This document shows, piece by piece, positions 1 through 9,286 of a DNA stretch of 50,526 nt (positions within the stretch are counted from its first letter, which is position 1; each line of letters begins with the position of its first letter). The translations under genes and the position numbers were made by a program. Origin of the DNA: an uncultured Rhizobium sp. (GTDB taxonomy: Bacteria; Bacteroidota; Bacteroidia; NS11-12g; UBA955); contig CAZBMF010000002.1 of NCBI GenBank assembly GCA_964492925.1, positions 1 through 50,526 on the forward strand, in the 5' to 3' direction. Under the pieces are notes generated by a model that had not been told where the DNA came from, made no database searches, and saw only the letters and a program-made list of their open reading frames with translations.

Positions 1-7
1 TGGGCTG

Positions 8-15
8 CAAATATA
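8..15 (-). promoter_or_regulatory. Bacteroidota -7 promoter box (TATATTTG on minus strand) for a gene beyond the left window edge
   Basis: plus-strand caaatata is the reverse complement of the TAnnTTTG consensus; it lies downstream (minus orientation) of the 86-118 terminator. Confidence 0.35.
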
Positions 16-85
16 ATCATTATTTACAGAATGTGGAAATGTTTGTGAAAAATATTTGAAGTTTTTTTGAAAGATCCATATCCTT

Positions 86-118
86 AAAAAAAACAAAGCC
101 GAAACTTTCGCCTCGGCT
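86..118 (-). terminator. Rho-independent terminator, minus-strand specific
   Basis: minus strand reads AGCCGAGGC-GAAA-GTTTCGGCT (9-bp stem incl. 2 G:U, GAAA tetraloop) followed by TTGTTTTTTTT; on the plus strand the G:U pairs become A:C mismatches and no T-run follows. Confidence 0.75.
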
Positions 119-125
119 CTGTAAG

Positions 126-191
126 TTATGAAAACTTAAATCTACCCCATCCAAGAAACAATGATGTTCTCACTTTGTTTTTTAAAATCAT
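126..191 (-). CDS. Candidate 21-aa small ORF (MILKNKVRTSLFLGWGRFKFS) or sRNA body ending just before the 86-118 terminator
   Basis: ATG(191)..TAA(126) read by hand on the minus strand; it is the only thing upstream of an otherwise orphan strand-specific terminator; no homology evidence. Confidence 0.15.
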   Translation of the reverse strand: MILKNKVRTSLFLGWGRFKFS

Positions 192-218
192 AATTTTAAT
201 GTACACCAACAAAATCTC

Positions 219-226
219 TACCTTTG
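219..226 (+). promoter_or_regulatory. -7 promoter box TACCTTTG for the ABC exporter gene
   Basis: perfect TAnnTTTG 17 nt upstream of the GTG start at 244. Confidence 0.4.
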
Positions 227-243
227 CTGTTGTAATCTAAGCA

Positions 244-2001
244 GTGAAAGAGCTATTATCCCTCAATAAATACCTAATAAAATACAAATTCCTCATGATA
301 ACTGGAATTGTGTGTGTGGTATTGTCGAATTTTTTTGCCATTTATGTTCCCGTTTTTGTCCGACAAGGACTTGATGACGCTTATTTTACCTCTCAACTTT
401 TTGGATTTAACGAAAGCAACCTACTGTTTAAAATTATTTTGTTCAATGCAATTGGTTTTGGTTCGGCCATTGTAATCGCTTCTGTTTTAAAAGGTGTTTT
501 TATGTTTTTTATGCGACAAACATTGGTAGTTGCCTCAAGAAGAATTGAATATGATCAAAAAAATGAACTGTTCCTGAAATATCAACGCCTCGGTGAAAGT
601 TTCTTTCGTCAAAATTACACCGGCGATTTGATGTCGCGAATTACCGAAGATATCTCCAATGTGAGAATGTACATAGGTCCATCTATCATGTATTTTGCCA
701 ATGTATTGTTTTCTTTTATCATGATAATAGCCCAAATGATAATGGTTAATAAAACATTGGCCTTTTGGGTTATGTTACCATTACCAATACTCTCATTATC
801 AATTTATTATGTGAGTGTTAAAATTAATTTGGGCAACAAAAGAATTCAAGAGCAACTTTCAAAAATTACCACATTGGCTCAAGAGACTTTTTCTGGTATC
901 CGAATTTTAAAATCATTTGGGGCAGAGAAACATTTTTCAAAAGATTTTCTGAATCAGGGATTGGAATTTCAAAAGAGAAACATGAAACTGGCCTTTGTGA
1001 ATTCTTTGTTCTTTCCATTGATGATGCTGTTAGTAGGCTTTTCTACCATCATCATTTTGTACGTTGGTGGAAGGGAAGTAGAAAAAGGATTATTTACGCC
1101 TGGAAATCTTGCTGAATTTGTGATTTATTTGAACATGCTGGTTTGGCCCGTTGCTAGTTTAGGTTGGACAACGGCTTTGGTGCAAAAAGCAGCTGCTAGC
1201 CAAAAAAGAATCAATGAGTTTTTATCTCAACCTGAAGTACAATCAAACCCTCAACCAATTGATTTAGTGTTCAAAAATGAGATAGAAATTGAAGGGCTTT
1301 CATTTCAATTTGCGGATAAATCCACCCGCGCGTTGAATGATCTTCGTTTTAAAGTAGAGAAGGGTTCATTCATTGGTATAACGGGTAAAACTGGGTCGGG
1401 AAAATCAACTTTATTGCAGTTGTTAACCAAACAATTGGAAATGCAACAAGGAAAAATATTGTTAGACCAAACACCAATTGAAGAAATTGATATTAGAGCT
1501 TATCGTAATTTAATTGCCTATGTGCCTCAAGATGTTTTCTTGTTTAGCGATACCATTGAAGCAAATATTGCTTTTGGCGTAAAAGATTACAGCAAAGAAC
1601 ATTTGCTTAAAGTGATAGAAATTACTTGTTTAGATAAAGATATTGCCCAATTTGACAAAGGCTTAAATACCATGTTAGGAGAACGTGGTGTATCATTATC
1701 GGGCGGACAAAAACAACGTGTGTCTTTGGCCCGTGCGTTGATGAAAACTTCTGAAATATTGATATTAGATGATTGCCTGAGTGCAGTTGACGCAGAAACT
1801 GAACATCGGATTATTGAAAATTTAAAAACGGTTTTTATAAATAAAACTGTCATAATGTCGAGTCATAGAATTGCACCTTTTGTGTCGACCAACAATATTT
1901 TGGTACTTGAAAATGGTGAAATGATAGAATTTGATAGCTATGAAAATCTCATTCAACGGGATGGATATTTTAAATGGTTACATGGAAATCAATCGCTTTA
2001 A
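244..2001 (+). CDS. ABC transporter, fused permease/ATP-binding protein (MsbA-like exporter)
   Basis: 585-aa ORF; N-terminal 6-TM region; Walker A GKTGSGKST, signature LSGGQKQR, Walker B ILILDD. Confidence 0.9.
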   Translation: MKELLSLNKYLIKYKFLMITGIVCVVLSNFFAIYVPVFVRQGLDDAYFTSQLFGFNESNLLFKIILFNAIGFGSAIVIASVLKGVFMFFMRQTLVVASRRIEYDQKNELFLKYQRLGESFFRQNYTGDLMSRITEDISNVRMYIGPSIMYFANVLFSFIMIIAQMIMVNKTLAFWVMLPLPILSLSIYYVSVKINLGNKRIQEQLSKITTLAQETFSGIRILKSFGAEKHFSKDFLNQGLEFQKRNMKLAFVNSLFFPLMMLLVGFSTIIILYVGGREVEKGLFTPGNLAEFVIYLNMLVWPVASLGWTTALVQKAAASQKRINEFLSQPEVQSNPQPIDLVFKNEIEIEGLSFQFADKSTRALNDLRFKVEKGSFIGITGKTGSGKSTLLQLLTKQLEMQQGKILLDQTPIEEIDIRAYRNLIAYVPQDVFLFSDTIEANIAFGVKDYSKEHLLKVIEITCLDKDIAQFDKGLNTMLGERGVSLSGGQKQRVSLARALMKTSEILILDDCLSAVDAETEHRIIENLKTVFINKTVIMSSHRIAPFVSTNNILVLENGEMIEFDSYENLIQRDGYFKWLHGNQSL

Positions 2002-2182
2002 TAGAAGTATATCAATGTTTTACATGTGGTTTTTCATTAAACGTAAAATACAAGTGTCAAATTAACAACACATAAAAAATATTCAGTGAACAACTAATTT
2101 CAAAAATTATGATGATTAATGTTGTTTCCCTCAATAAATTTCGCATATTTGCCTTAACTAATATTTTTCTAACCAAATTTAA

Positions 2183-2500
2183 ATGCCTATGCAGGAAGAC
2201 AATTACAGAGACCAATCGCAGGAAGAGATTTTTTCTAAACGCATTCGGGCCGGCAAAAGAACCTATTTTTTTGATGTAAAAGCAACAAGAAATAGTGATT
2301 ATTACATCACCATAACTGAAAGCAAACGTAGTCGTTATGATGATGGTTCATTCGTGAAAACCAAAATCCATCTGTACAAAGAAGATTTTAACAAATTTGC
2401 TGATGCTTTAAACGAAACAATTGGACATGTTAAATCTAACTTACTCCCCGAATATAATTTCGATGAGTATCAAAGAGAAGACAACCAAGCGGAAGATTAA
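2183..2500 (+). CDS. PUR-alpha-like nucleic-acid-binding protein (DUF3276 family)
   Basis: 105-aa ORF with IRAGKRTYFFDVKATRNSDYYITITESKR, typical of Bacteroidota DUF3276; followed by a strong terminator. Confidence 0.85.
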   Translation: MPMQEDNYRDQSQEEIFSKRIRAGKRTYFFDVKATRNSDYYITITESKRSRYDDGSFVKTKIHLYKEDFNKFADALNETIGHVKSNLLPEYNFDEYQREDNQAED

Positions 2501-2520
2501 TCAAACTTTTTGTGATGGAA

Positions 2521-2549
2521 AGGCGGTTTACTACCGCCTTTTTTATTTT
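2521..2549 (+). terminator. Rho-independent terminator after the DUF3276 gene
   Basis: AGGCGGT-ttact-ACCGCCT hairpin (2521-2539) followed by TTTTTTATTTT. Confidence 0.85.
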
Positions 2550-2580
2550 ATTTTTTCCCCAATTATTCATTCAACACAAC

Positions 2581-2588
2581 TATTTTTG
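2581..2588 (+). promoter_or_regulatory. -7 promoter box TATTTTTG for the DUF4199-plsC-gatC-ABC operon
   Basis: perfect TAnnTTTG 4 nt upstream of ATG 2593; supports the shorter start. Confidence 0.45.
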
Positions 2589-2592
2589 TGAA

Positions 2593-3123
2593 ATGTTAAA
2601 AAAGGTTTTGATATATGGTTTGGCTTTCGGCTCTTTGAGCGCCTCAATGGTTTTAATCATGTATTTGAATAAATTGTACTTGAAGCATAATATGTTGAGT
2701 GCAATTCCAGTTTTGGGAAATTTGCTAATTTTTGGTTTTGGAGTGTATCTTTTAGTTAAAAGCCTGATGTCTCTTCAACTTGAAAAACCTTTGACCCTAG
2801 GAAAAGCTTTGTTTATGAGTTTGTTGATGGGGGTTATTGCCGCTGGTTGTAACATTGCCGCCTATCAGCATATTCAGAAAAATGAAAAAATTGTTTTTAA
2901 TGAATACAAAGACAACCAATTAAAAGCAATTGAAACCCGTGTAAAAGCAGATTTTGCCGATTTATCTGCCGCAGAACAAAATAAAAAGATTACCGAGTAC
3001 AAAAATAATTTCGAAGAAAACCTCAATTGGTCGTCTTATGCAATGGTAGAGATGCAAATGTTTTTATCTATTGCATTGGTTGTCACCTTATTGGTTTATA
3101 TTGCAAATCAAAAAAAGCAATGA
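2593..3123 (+). CDS. DUF4199-family small membrane protein
   Basis: ORF track starts at 2512, but 2512-2549 is terminator sequence; ATG 2593 (MLKKVLIYGLAFG) gives a 176-aa multi-TM protein typical of the family. Confidence 0.7.
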   Translation: MLKKVLIYGLAFGSLSASMVLIMYLNKLYLKHNMLSAIPVLGNLLIFGFGVYLLVKSLMSLQLEKPLTLGKALFMSLLMGVIAAGCNIAAYQHIQKNEKIVFNEYKDNQLKAIETRVKADFADLSAAEQNKKITEYKNNFEENLNWSSYAMVEMQMFLSIALVVTLLVYIANQKKQ

Positions 3124-3851
3124 AAAAAATCTTTGGTAAAATTTGGCTAGTTTGGTTTGGCATTTGGTTTATCTCCATTTTCCTGCTTATTTATCCATTT
3201 TTGTTCTTGTTACTACTTACCCCAAAAACGTATAGATACGCCGATAAGCTGAGGAAATTATGGGGTAAATCTTCAAGTTATTTGGGATTAATGATTCCTG
3301 CAATAACCTATGAAGTCCCTCTAAATAAAAAATCTCAATATGTGATTTGTCCTAACCACATGTCTTATATTGATATCGTTAGCGCAGGTGGATTTTTTCC
3401 AACTTTTAACTTTTTTATGGCAAAAATGGAATTGAAAAAATTACCATTGTTTAGCATTTGGTTTAAAACCATCGACGTTCCCGTAAAAAGAGAAAGTTTG
3501 CGCAGTGCACATGGCGCTTTTGTTGATGCTGGTAACAAATTAGATGAAGGTGGTACCTTGATTATTTTTCCAGAGGGTCGTATACCCGATGATGCTCCGA
3601 AATTGCATAAATTTAAACCCGGTGCGTTTAAATTGGCCATTGAAAAGAAATTGCCTGTGGTGCCAGTTACATTTTTAGACAATATGGATAGATTGAATAT
3701 CTTTGATTGGACATGTACTCCGGGCAAAATGAGAATTCACGTGCATGCACCGATTGAAACTGCTCATTTATCGATTGACGATGTGCAATCACTCCAAGAC
3801 CAAGTATATTCGATTATTCATTCCAAATTAGTGGAATCAAAAATTTTATGA
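3120..3851 (+). CDS. plsC: 1-acyl-sn-glycerol-3-phosphate acyltransferase (lysophospholipid acyltransferase)
   Basis: HX4D motif NHMSYIDI and FPEGR motif; ATG 3120 overlaps the upstream stop (ATGA); the N-terminal extension from 3027 overlaps the previous gene. Confidence 0.85.
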   Translation: MKKIFGKIWLVWFGIWFISIFLLIYPFLFLLLLTPKTYRYADKLRKLWGKSSSYLGLMIPAITYEVPLNKKSQYVICPNHMSYIDIVSAGGFFPTFNFFMAKMELKKLPLFSIWFKTIDVPVKRESLRSAHGAFVDAGNKLDEGGTLIIFPEGRIPDDAPKLHKFKPGAFKLAIEKKLPVVPVTFLDNMDRLNIFDWTCTPGKMRIHVHAPIETAHLSIDDVQSLQDQVYSIIHSKLVESKIL

Positions 3852-4144
3852 AAATAACAGATCAAACAGTTGACAATTTAGCCAAGCTTTCAAAACTCTC
3901 TTTTGAAGGAGAATCCAAAGAAGCGATGAGAAAAGATTTGGAAAATATTTTGGAAATGTGTGAAAAATTAAAGGAAGTCAATACCGATGGTGTTGAACCA
4001 TTAATCTACATGACCAATAGCCATACTATTTTAAGAGAAGATTTAGTTATTCAAGAAATTACCCATGAAGAAGCATTAAAGAATGCGCCTAAAAAAGATA
4101 GTGACTTTTTTAGGGTTCCAAAGGTGATTGGTGGCAATGAATAA
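3848..4144 (+). CDS. gatC: Asp-tRNA(Asn)/Glu-tRNA(Gln) amidotransferase subunit C
   Basis: 98-aa ORF, typical GatC size and sequence (LAKLSKLSF..., DGVEPL); ATGA overlap with plsC. Confidence 0.9.
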   Translation: MKITDQTVDNLAKLSKLSFEGESKEAMRKDLENILEMCEKLKEVNTDGVEPLIYMTNSHTILREDLVIQEITHEEALKNAPKKDSDFFRVPKVIGGNE

Positions 4145-4814
4145 TCCACTTATTTCCCTTGAACAAATTACAAAAACCTACACGCTTGGTGAACAAGTTG
4201 TGAATGCATTGAAAGGTGTAAATCTTCAAATCTTTCGAGGTGATTATCTTGCGCTTATGGGTCCTTCTGGTTCAGGAAAAAGTACACTCATGAACATTAT
4301 TGGCTGCCTAGATTCACCAACTTCAGGAAACTACTGGCTTAATAATAAAGAAGTTAGCAAAATGTCGGATTCCGATTTAAGTGAAGTTAGAAATACAGAA
4401 ATTGGTTTTGTATTTCAAACGTTCAATCTGCTTAATCGAATGACGGCCATTGATAACGTAGCATTGCCGCTGGTTTATGCCGGAGTACCCTTGAATGAAA
4501 GGATAGAAAGGGCTAAAGTTGTTCTTGAAAAGGTTGGTCTCAAAGATCGTATGAACCATAAACCAAATGAACTCTCTGGTGGTCAACGTCAAAGAGTGGC
4601 TGTTGCTCGAGCCCTTGTTAACAATCCGTCATTGTTATTGGCGGATGAACCTACAGGTAATCTTGATACAAAAACTAGTCATGAAATAATGGCTCTTTTT
4701 CAAGAGATTCATGATTCAGGAAATACCATTGTTTTGGTTACACATGAAGAAGATATTGCCAATCATGCAAAGAATATTGTGAGAATGCGTGATGGTATTA
4801 TTGAAAAAAGTTAA
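4137..4814 (+). CDS. ABC transporter ATP-binding protein (MacB/LolD-like), no permease partner adjacent
   Basis: Walker [18 protein letters not shown], Walker [10 protein letters not shown]; the ATG at 4137 is preferred over the TTG at 4128. Confidence 0.9.
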   Translation: MNNPLISLEQITKTYTLGEQVVNALKGVNLQIFRGDYLALMGPSGSGKSTLMNIIGCLDSPTSGNYWLNNKEVSKMSDSDLSEVRNTEIGFVFQTFNLLNRMTAIDNVALPLVYAGVPLNERIERAKVVLEKVGLKDRMNHKPNELSGGQRQRVAVARALVNNPSLLLADEPTGNLDTKTSHEIMALFQEIHDSGNTIVLVTHEEDIANHAKNIVRMRDGIIEKS

Positions 4815-4862
4815 AATAAACTTGTTATAATTGATTGTTTTTGACAACTTGCAGTCACAATC

Positions 4863-6362
4863 ATGATTACTTCGGCAATTTCTTGGTACTTCCGTCAGCG
4901 ACATGATGAACTGTGGCATTTTATTTCTGAAGCCGAAAAACATCAATGGGAAATGTTTCAGGTTTTTATGGATAAACTCTCAAGAACCGAATATGGTAAG
5001 TCCTTCAATGTAAAAAGCAATTTCACTTACAATGAATTCGCAAAAACCATTCCTGTTATTTCTTATGAAGAGTTGAAACCACTGATTCTTCGTACAATGA
5101 ATGGTGAACAACAGTTGATTTGGCCTGCCGATATCACTTGGTTTGCCAAAAGCAGTGGAACTACAAGTAATGAAGCCAAATTTATCCCAATTTCTTATGA
5201 AAGTCTCGAATATACCCATTACATGGGAAGCCGAGAATCGCTCACACAATACTTTGCCTTTAATCCGTCTGCCAATATTTTTGAGGGAAAAGGACTTTTG
5301 ATTGGGGGTAGTCATCGTGTCAATCAACACAATCAAAAAGCCTTTTTTGGAGATTTAAGCGCAGTATTAATGAATCACATGCCCCTATGGGCAAATTGGA
5401 AAAGTACTCCCGACATACAAATTGCAATGCTCGAGAATTGGGAAGAAAAACTCGAGAAAATGGCCCTAGCAACCATGAATGAAAACGTTACAAGTATGAG
5501 CGGTGTGCCTACATGGACCTTGGTTTTATTAAAGAGAATTTTAGAAATTAGTGGTAAATCAAACATTCTCGAAATTTGGCCTAATTTGGAATTATTTATT
5601 CATGGTGGAATGAATTTTTCACCCTATCGACAACAATTTCACCAACTTATACCTTCCAATCAAATGAACTATATTGAAACCTACAATGCGAGTGAGGGTT
5701 TCTTTGGTGTTCAAGCATTTGCAGACAAATCTGAACTTTTACTCATGACACATCATGGAACCTTCTATGAGTTTTATCCCGTAAATAAAGGACCTGAGTA
5801 TATTGTTCCGCTCTCGGATGTTGAGCTTGATGTGAATTATGCCATGGTTATTACGAACAATAGCGGACTTTGGAGGTATGTGATTGGTGATACCATTAAA
5901 TTTTCAGGAAAACATCCTTTTACCTTTAAAATAACGGGCAGAACCAAGCTGTTTATCAATGCTTTTGGTGAAGAACTTGTTATAGAAAATGCTGAAACTG
6001 CTGTTTCATTTGCTGCCAAAACCTGTAACGTGGAAATCTTAGATTATACCGCTGCTCCTGTTTTTCAACCAGGTTTTGAGGGACATGAATGGCTCATTGA
6101 ATTCAATCATCCCCCAGAAAATTTAAAACTTTTTTCGGAAATATTGGATCAACAACTCAAGGTTGTGAACAGTGATTATGACGGTAAAAGAAAAGGTGAT
6201 TTGGTGATGAAAATGCCTGTTATTCATGTTGCTAAGCCAGCTACGTTTAATAAATGGTTAGAAGCAAAAGGAAAATTAGGTGGTCAAAATAAGGTTCCTA
6301 GGTTATCGAACAATAGAACCATTTTGGAGGAAATTTTAAATCTTAATGCCGAATCTCGGTAA
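4863..6362 (+). CDS. GH3-family (auxin-responsive-promoter-type) acyl acid-amido synthetase homologue
   Basis: 499-aa ORF with the adenylate-forming motif [16 protein letters not shown] and a Bacteroidota GH3-like size. Confidence 0.8.
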   Translation: MITSAISWYFRQRHDELWHFISEAEKHQWEMFQVFMDKLSRTEYGKSFNVKSNFTYNEFAKTIPVISYEELKPLILRTMNGEQQLIWPADITWFAKSSGTTSNEAKFIPISYESLEYTHYMGSRESLTQYFAFNPSANIFEGKGLLIGGSHRVNQHNQKAFFGDLSAVLMNHMPLWANWKSTPDIQIAMLENWEEKLEKMALATMNENVTSMSGVPTWTLVLLKRILEISGKSNILEIWPNLELFIHGGMNFSPYRQQFHQLIPSNQMNYIETYNASEGFFGVQAFADKSELLLMTHHGTFYEFYPVNKGPEYIVPLSDVELDVNYAMVITNNSGLWRYVIGDTIKFSGKHPFTFKITGRTKLFINAFGEELVIENAETAVSFAAKTCNVEILDYTAAPVFQPGFEGHEWLIEFNHPPENLKLFSEILDQQLKVVNSDYDGKRKGDLVMKMPVIHVAKPATFNKWLEAKGKLGGQNKVPRLSNNRTILEEILNLNAESR

Positions 6363-6377
6363 TTCAAATTCAGTTTG

Positions 6378-6385
6378 TATTTTTG
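6378..6385 (+). promoter_or_regulatory. -7 promoter box TATTTTTG for kbl
   Basis: perfect TAnnTTTG 26 nt upstream of ATG 6412; it lies inside the spurious N-terminal extension of the ORF-track entry. Confidence 0.45.
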
Positions 6386-6411
6386 TCGATAGATACTTTT
6401 ATCAGAAAATT

Positions 6412-7608
6412 ATGTACGGAGCTATAAAACAACATTTAACAAATGAGCTTAAAACCATTGAAGAATCTGGTTTGTTCAAAAGAGAAAGAATCATTACATC
6501 TCCTCAAGATGCTGTGATTAAATTGAATACGGGTAAAGAAGTAATCAACTTCTGTGCGAATAATTACCTAGGTCTAAGTAGTCATCCAAGAGTTGTTCAA
6601 GCCGCTAAAAATGCCATCGATACACATGGTTATGGCATGAGTAGTGTACGCTTTATCTGTGGTACACAGGATATTCATAAAGAATTAGAAGCAAAAATTG
6701 CAGAATTTTATGGTACTGAAGATACGATTTTATACGCTGCTGCTTTTGATGCAAATGGTGGTGTTTTTGAACCGTTATTGAGTGAGGAAGATTGTATTAT
6801 CAGTGATTCTTTGAATCATGCTTCTATCATTGATGGTGTTAGATTGTGTAAAGCTAAGAGATATCGCTACAATAACAACGATATGGATGATCTTGAAAAA
6901 CAATTAATTGACGCTACCAATGCCGGTGTTAGATTTAAGTTGATAGTAACAGACGGTGTTTTTTCTATGGATGGATACGTGGCACAATTAGATAAAATTT
7001 GTGACCTTGCCGACAAATATGATGCAATGGTAATGACCGACGAATGTCATGCTGCCGGATTTATTGGAGCCACCGGAAAAGGTACACCGGAATATTGTAA
7101 TGTGATGGGTCGTGTTGACATTATCACGGGTACCCTTGGAAAAGCCTTAGGTGGTGCTATGGGTGGTTATACAACCGGTAGAAAAGAAATTATTGAATTG
7201 TTGCGTCAAAGAAGCAGACCATATTTGTTCAGTAACTCATTGGCTCCAAGTATTGTAGGTGCTAGTATTGAGGTGTTGAAAATGTTGGGTGAATCTACGC
7301 ATTTGCGCGATAAATTAGAATCGAATGTGAAGCGTTTTAAAGAAGGTATGAAAGCCGCTGGTTTCGATTTTAAGGATGGCGACAGTGCAATTGTGCCTGT
7401 TATGCTTTATGATGCCAAATTGAGTCAAGTAATGGCTGATAGACTTCTTGAAGAAGGTATTTATGTGATTGGGTTCTTTTACCCTGTGGTGCCTAAAGAT
7501 CAAGCTCGAATCCGTGTTCAATTAAGTGCCGGACATGATTTTGATCACATTGATAAAGCTATTGCAGCGTTTACCAAAGTTGGTAAAGAATTGGGTGTAA
7601 TAGCATAA
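6412..7608 (+). CDS. kbl: Glycine C-acetyltransferase (2-amino-3-ketobutyrate CoA ligase)
   Basis: 398 aa from MYGAIKQHL; class-II aminotransferase/AONS-family PLP region (TLGKALGG) and typical Kbl length. Confidence 0.9.
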   Translation: MYGAIKQHLTNELKTIEESGLFKRERIITSPQDAVIKLNTGKEVINFCANNYLGLSSHPRVVQAAKNAIDTHGYGMSSVRFICGTQDIHKELEAKIAEFYGTEDTILYAAAFDANGGVFEPLLSEEDCIISDSLNHASIIDGVRLCKAKRYRYNNNDMDDLEKQLIDATNAGVRFKLIVTDGVFSMDGYVAQLDKICDLADKYDAMVMTDECHAAGFIGATGKGTPEYCNVMGRVDIITGTLGKALGGAMGGYTTGRKEIIELLRQRSRPYLFSNSLAPSIVGASIEVLKMLGESTHLRDKLESNVKRFKEGMKAAGFDFKDGDSAIVPVMLYDAKLSQVMADRLLEEGIYVIGFFYPVVPKDQARIRVQLSAGHDFDHIDKAIAAFTKVGKELGVIA

Positions 7609-7613
7609 TCCCC

Positions 7614-7621
7614 TATATTTG
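7614..7621 (+). promoter_or_regulatory. -7 promoter box TATATTTG for the first APC permease
   Basis: perfect TAnnTTTG 22 nt upstream of ATG 7644. Confidence 0.45.
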
Positions 7622-7643
7622 CCCTTTAACCATATTTTTATAT

Positions 7644-9218
7644 ATGTCACTTTGGAGAAAAAAATCACTTGATGATTTGCTTTTGCAAGCTCAAGGAAGT
7701 AATCTTAAACGCACATTAGGTGCTGGTAGCCTTATAGCTTTAGGTATTGGTGCCATAATTGGTGCTGGTTTGTTCGTGAGAACCGCTGCTGCGGCCACTG
7801 AAGCTGCCGGTTCTGGTGTTACGCTTTCATTTATAGTTGCCGCTATCGGTTGCGCTTTTGCAGGACTTTGTTACGCAGAGTTTGCCGCAATGATTCCAAT
7901 TTCTGGAAGTGCTTATGCCTATTCTTTTGTTACAATGGGTGAATTGGTTGCCTGGATCATCGGATGGTCTTTGGTGATGGAATACGCCCTTGGTGCTGCT
8001 ACCGTTTCAATTGCTTGGAGTGAATATCTGAATAATTTGTTGGGTGGAGCCATTCCTTACGAATGGTGTCATTCTCCTTTTGAAAAATTATACCAAGTTT
8101 CAGCCAATGTTGTAACCCAGCTACAAGCGTTACCTGGTGATTGGAAAGGTATTGAAAAAGGTATTTTAAGTGCCGATCAATTTGCTTACCTATCTAAAAA
8201 TTATCAGCACATGGTAAGCAATGTTACCATTACCAATGGTATCATCAATTCCCCCGCTTTGGTAATTTTGTTGGCTCTTACACTTCTCCTTATTAAAGGT
8301 ACAAAAGAATCTGCCTTGGTGAATGCAATTATTGTATTCATTAAAGTTGCAATTGTATTGTTATTTATTACAATTGGTTGGAAATTTATCAATCCTGTAA
8401 ACCATACACCTTACTTGATTCCTGAAGGCACCGTAGGGCACGAAGGTTTCTTTAAATGGGGATGGGGCGGCGTTCTTGGTGGTGCGGGAATTGTTTTCTT
8501 TGCCTTTATTGGTTTTGATGCTGTAAGTACCACTGCTCAAGAAGCAAAGAACCCTAAAAGAGATATGCCTATTGGTATTCTAGGCTCTTTGGCCGTTTGT
8601 ACCGTACTTTATATCCTTTTTGGACACGTTTTAACCGGTGTGGCTCATCATAGTGAATTTGCTACTGCAGGTAAAGAAGCTTCTGTCTCTTATGTAATTC
8701 AAAATTATATGAAGGGTTTTGAATGGTTGGGTACTTCTGTAACCCTTGCCATTTTGGCTGGTTTCTCTTCTGTTATTTTGGTGATGTTGATGGGACAAAG
8801 TCGCGTATTTTATTCTATGAGCCAAGATGGTTTAATTCCAAAAGCATTTGGTGAATTGCATCCAAAATATCAAACTCCTTTTAAAGCAAATTGGATTCTA
8901 TTCTTGTTTGTAGGTGCGTTTTCTGCTTTTGTTCCAGGAAGTATTGCTGGCGATTTAACCTCTTTCGGTACACTTTTTGCTTTCGTTTTGGTGAGTTTAG
9001 GTATTCTAATCATGCGTAAAAGCAATCCTGATTTACCGCGTCCATTTAAAACCCCGTTAGTTCCTTTAGTGCCTATTCTCGGAGTAATTGTATGTTCAGC
9101 AATGATCATTGCACTCGATGCTTTTACCCTCAAGGCTGCTGTTTTATGGATGATTTTAGGATTGATTATCTATTTTACCTACAGTCGTAAGAATTCTCAC
9201 CTACACAAAAAAGATTAA
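7644..9218 (+). CDS. Amino acid permease, APC superfamily (cationic amino acid transporter-like)
   Basis: 524-aa polytopic ORF with an APC-type N-terminus (LKRTLGAGSLIALGIGAIIGAGLF). Confidence 0.85.
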   Translation: MSLWRKKSLDDLLLQAQGSNLKRTLGAGSLIALGIGAIIGAGLFVRTAAAATEAAGSGVTLSFIVAAIGCAFAGLCYAEFAAMIPISGSAYAYSFVTMGELVAWIIGWSLVMEYALGAATVSIAWSEYLNNLLGGAIPYEWCHSPFEKLYQVSANVVTQLQALPGDWKGIEKGILSADQFAYLSKNYQHMVSNVTITNGIINSPALVILLALTLLLIKGTKESALVNAIIVFIKVAIVLLFITIGWKFINPVNHTPYLIPEGTVGHEGFFKWGWGGVLGGAGIVFFAFIGFDAVSTTAQEAKNPKRDMPIGILGSLAVCTVLYILFGHVLTGVAHHSEFATAGKEASVSYVIQNYMKGFEWLGTSVTLAILAGFSSVILVMLMGQSRVFYSMSQDGLIPKAFGELHPKYQTPFKANWILFLFVGAFSAFVPGSIAGDLTSFGTLFAFVLVSLGILIMRKSNPDLPRPFKTPLVPLVPILGVIVCSAMIIALDAFTLKAAVLWMILGLIIYFTYSRKNSHLHKKD

Positions 9219-9242
9219 TCAAATAAATTTTGTATACTTGAA

Positions 9243-9274
9243 AAACCCTTTTGTTTATCAAAAGGGTTTTTTTT
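9243..9274 (+). terminator. Rho-independent terminator after the first permease
   Basis: AAACCCTTTT-gtttatc-AAAAGGGTTT hairpin followed by a T-run. Confidence 0.8.
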
Positions 9275-9286
9275 ATTGATAAGCTC

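Noticed and set aside
2512-2592. N-terminal 27 codons of the ORF-track entry 2512..3123
   Set aside because: The first part is the stem-loop and T-run of the DUF3276 terminator. A perfect -7 box sits at 2581-2588, so the gene most likely starts at ATG 2593.
3027-3119. Longer start for plsC (ORF track 3027) and for kbl (6346)
   Set aside because: The extensions overlap the preceding genes or contain the promoter box, and they add non-homologous, Cys-rich residues. Internal ATGs at 3120 and 6412 give canonical N-termini and lengths.
4815-4862. Inverted repeat TGATTGT...ACAATCA after the ABC ATPase gene as a terminator
   Set aside because: The 7-bp arms are separated by an 18-nt loop, with no T-run. 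It is not convincing.
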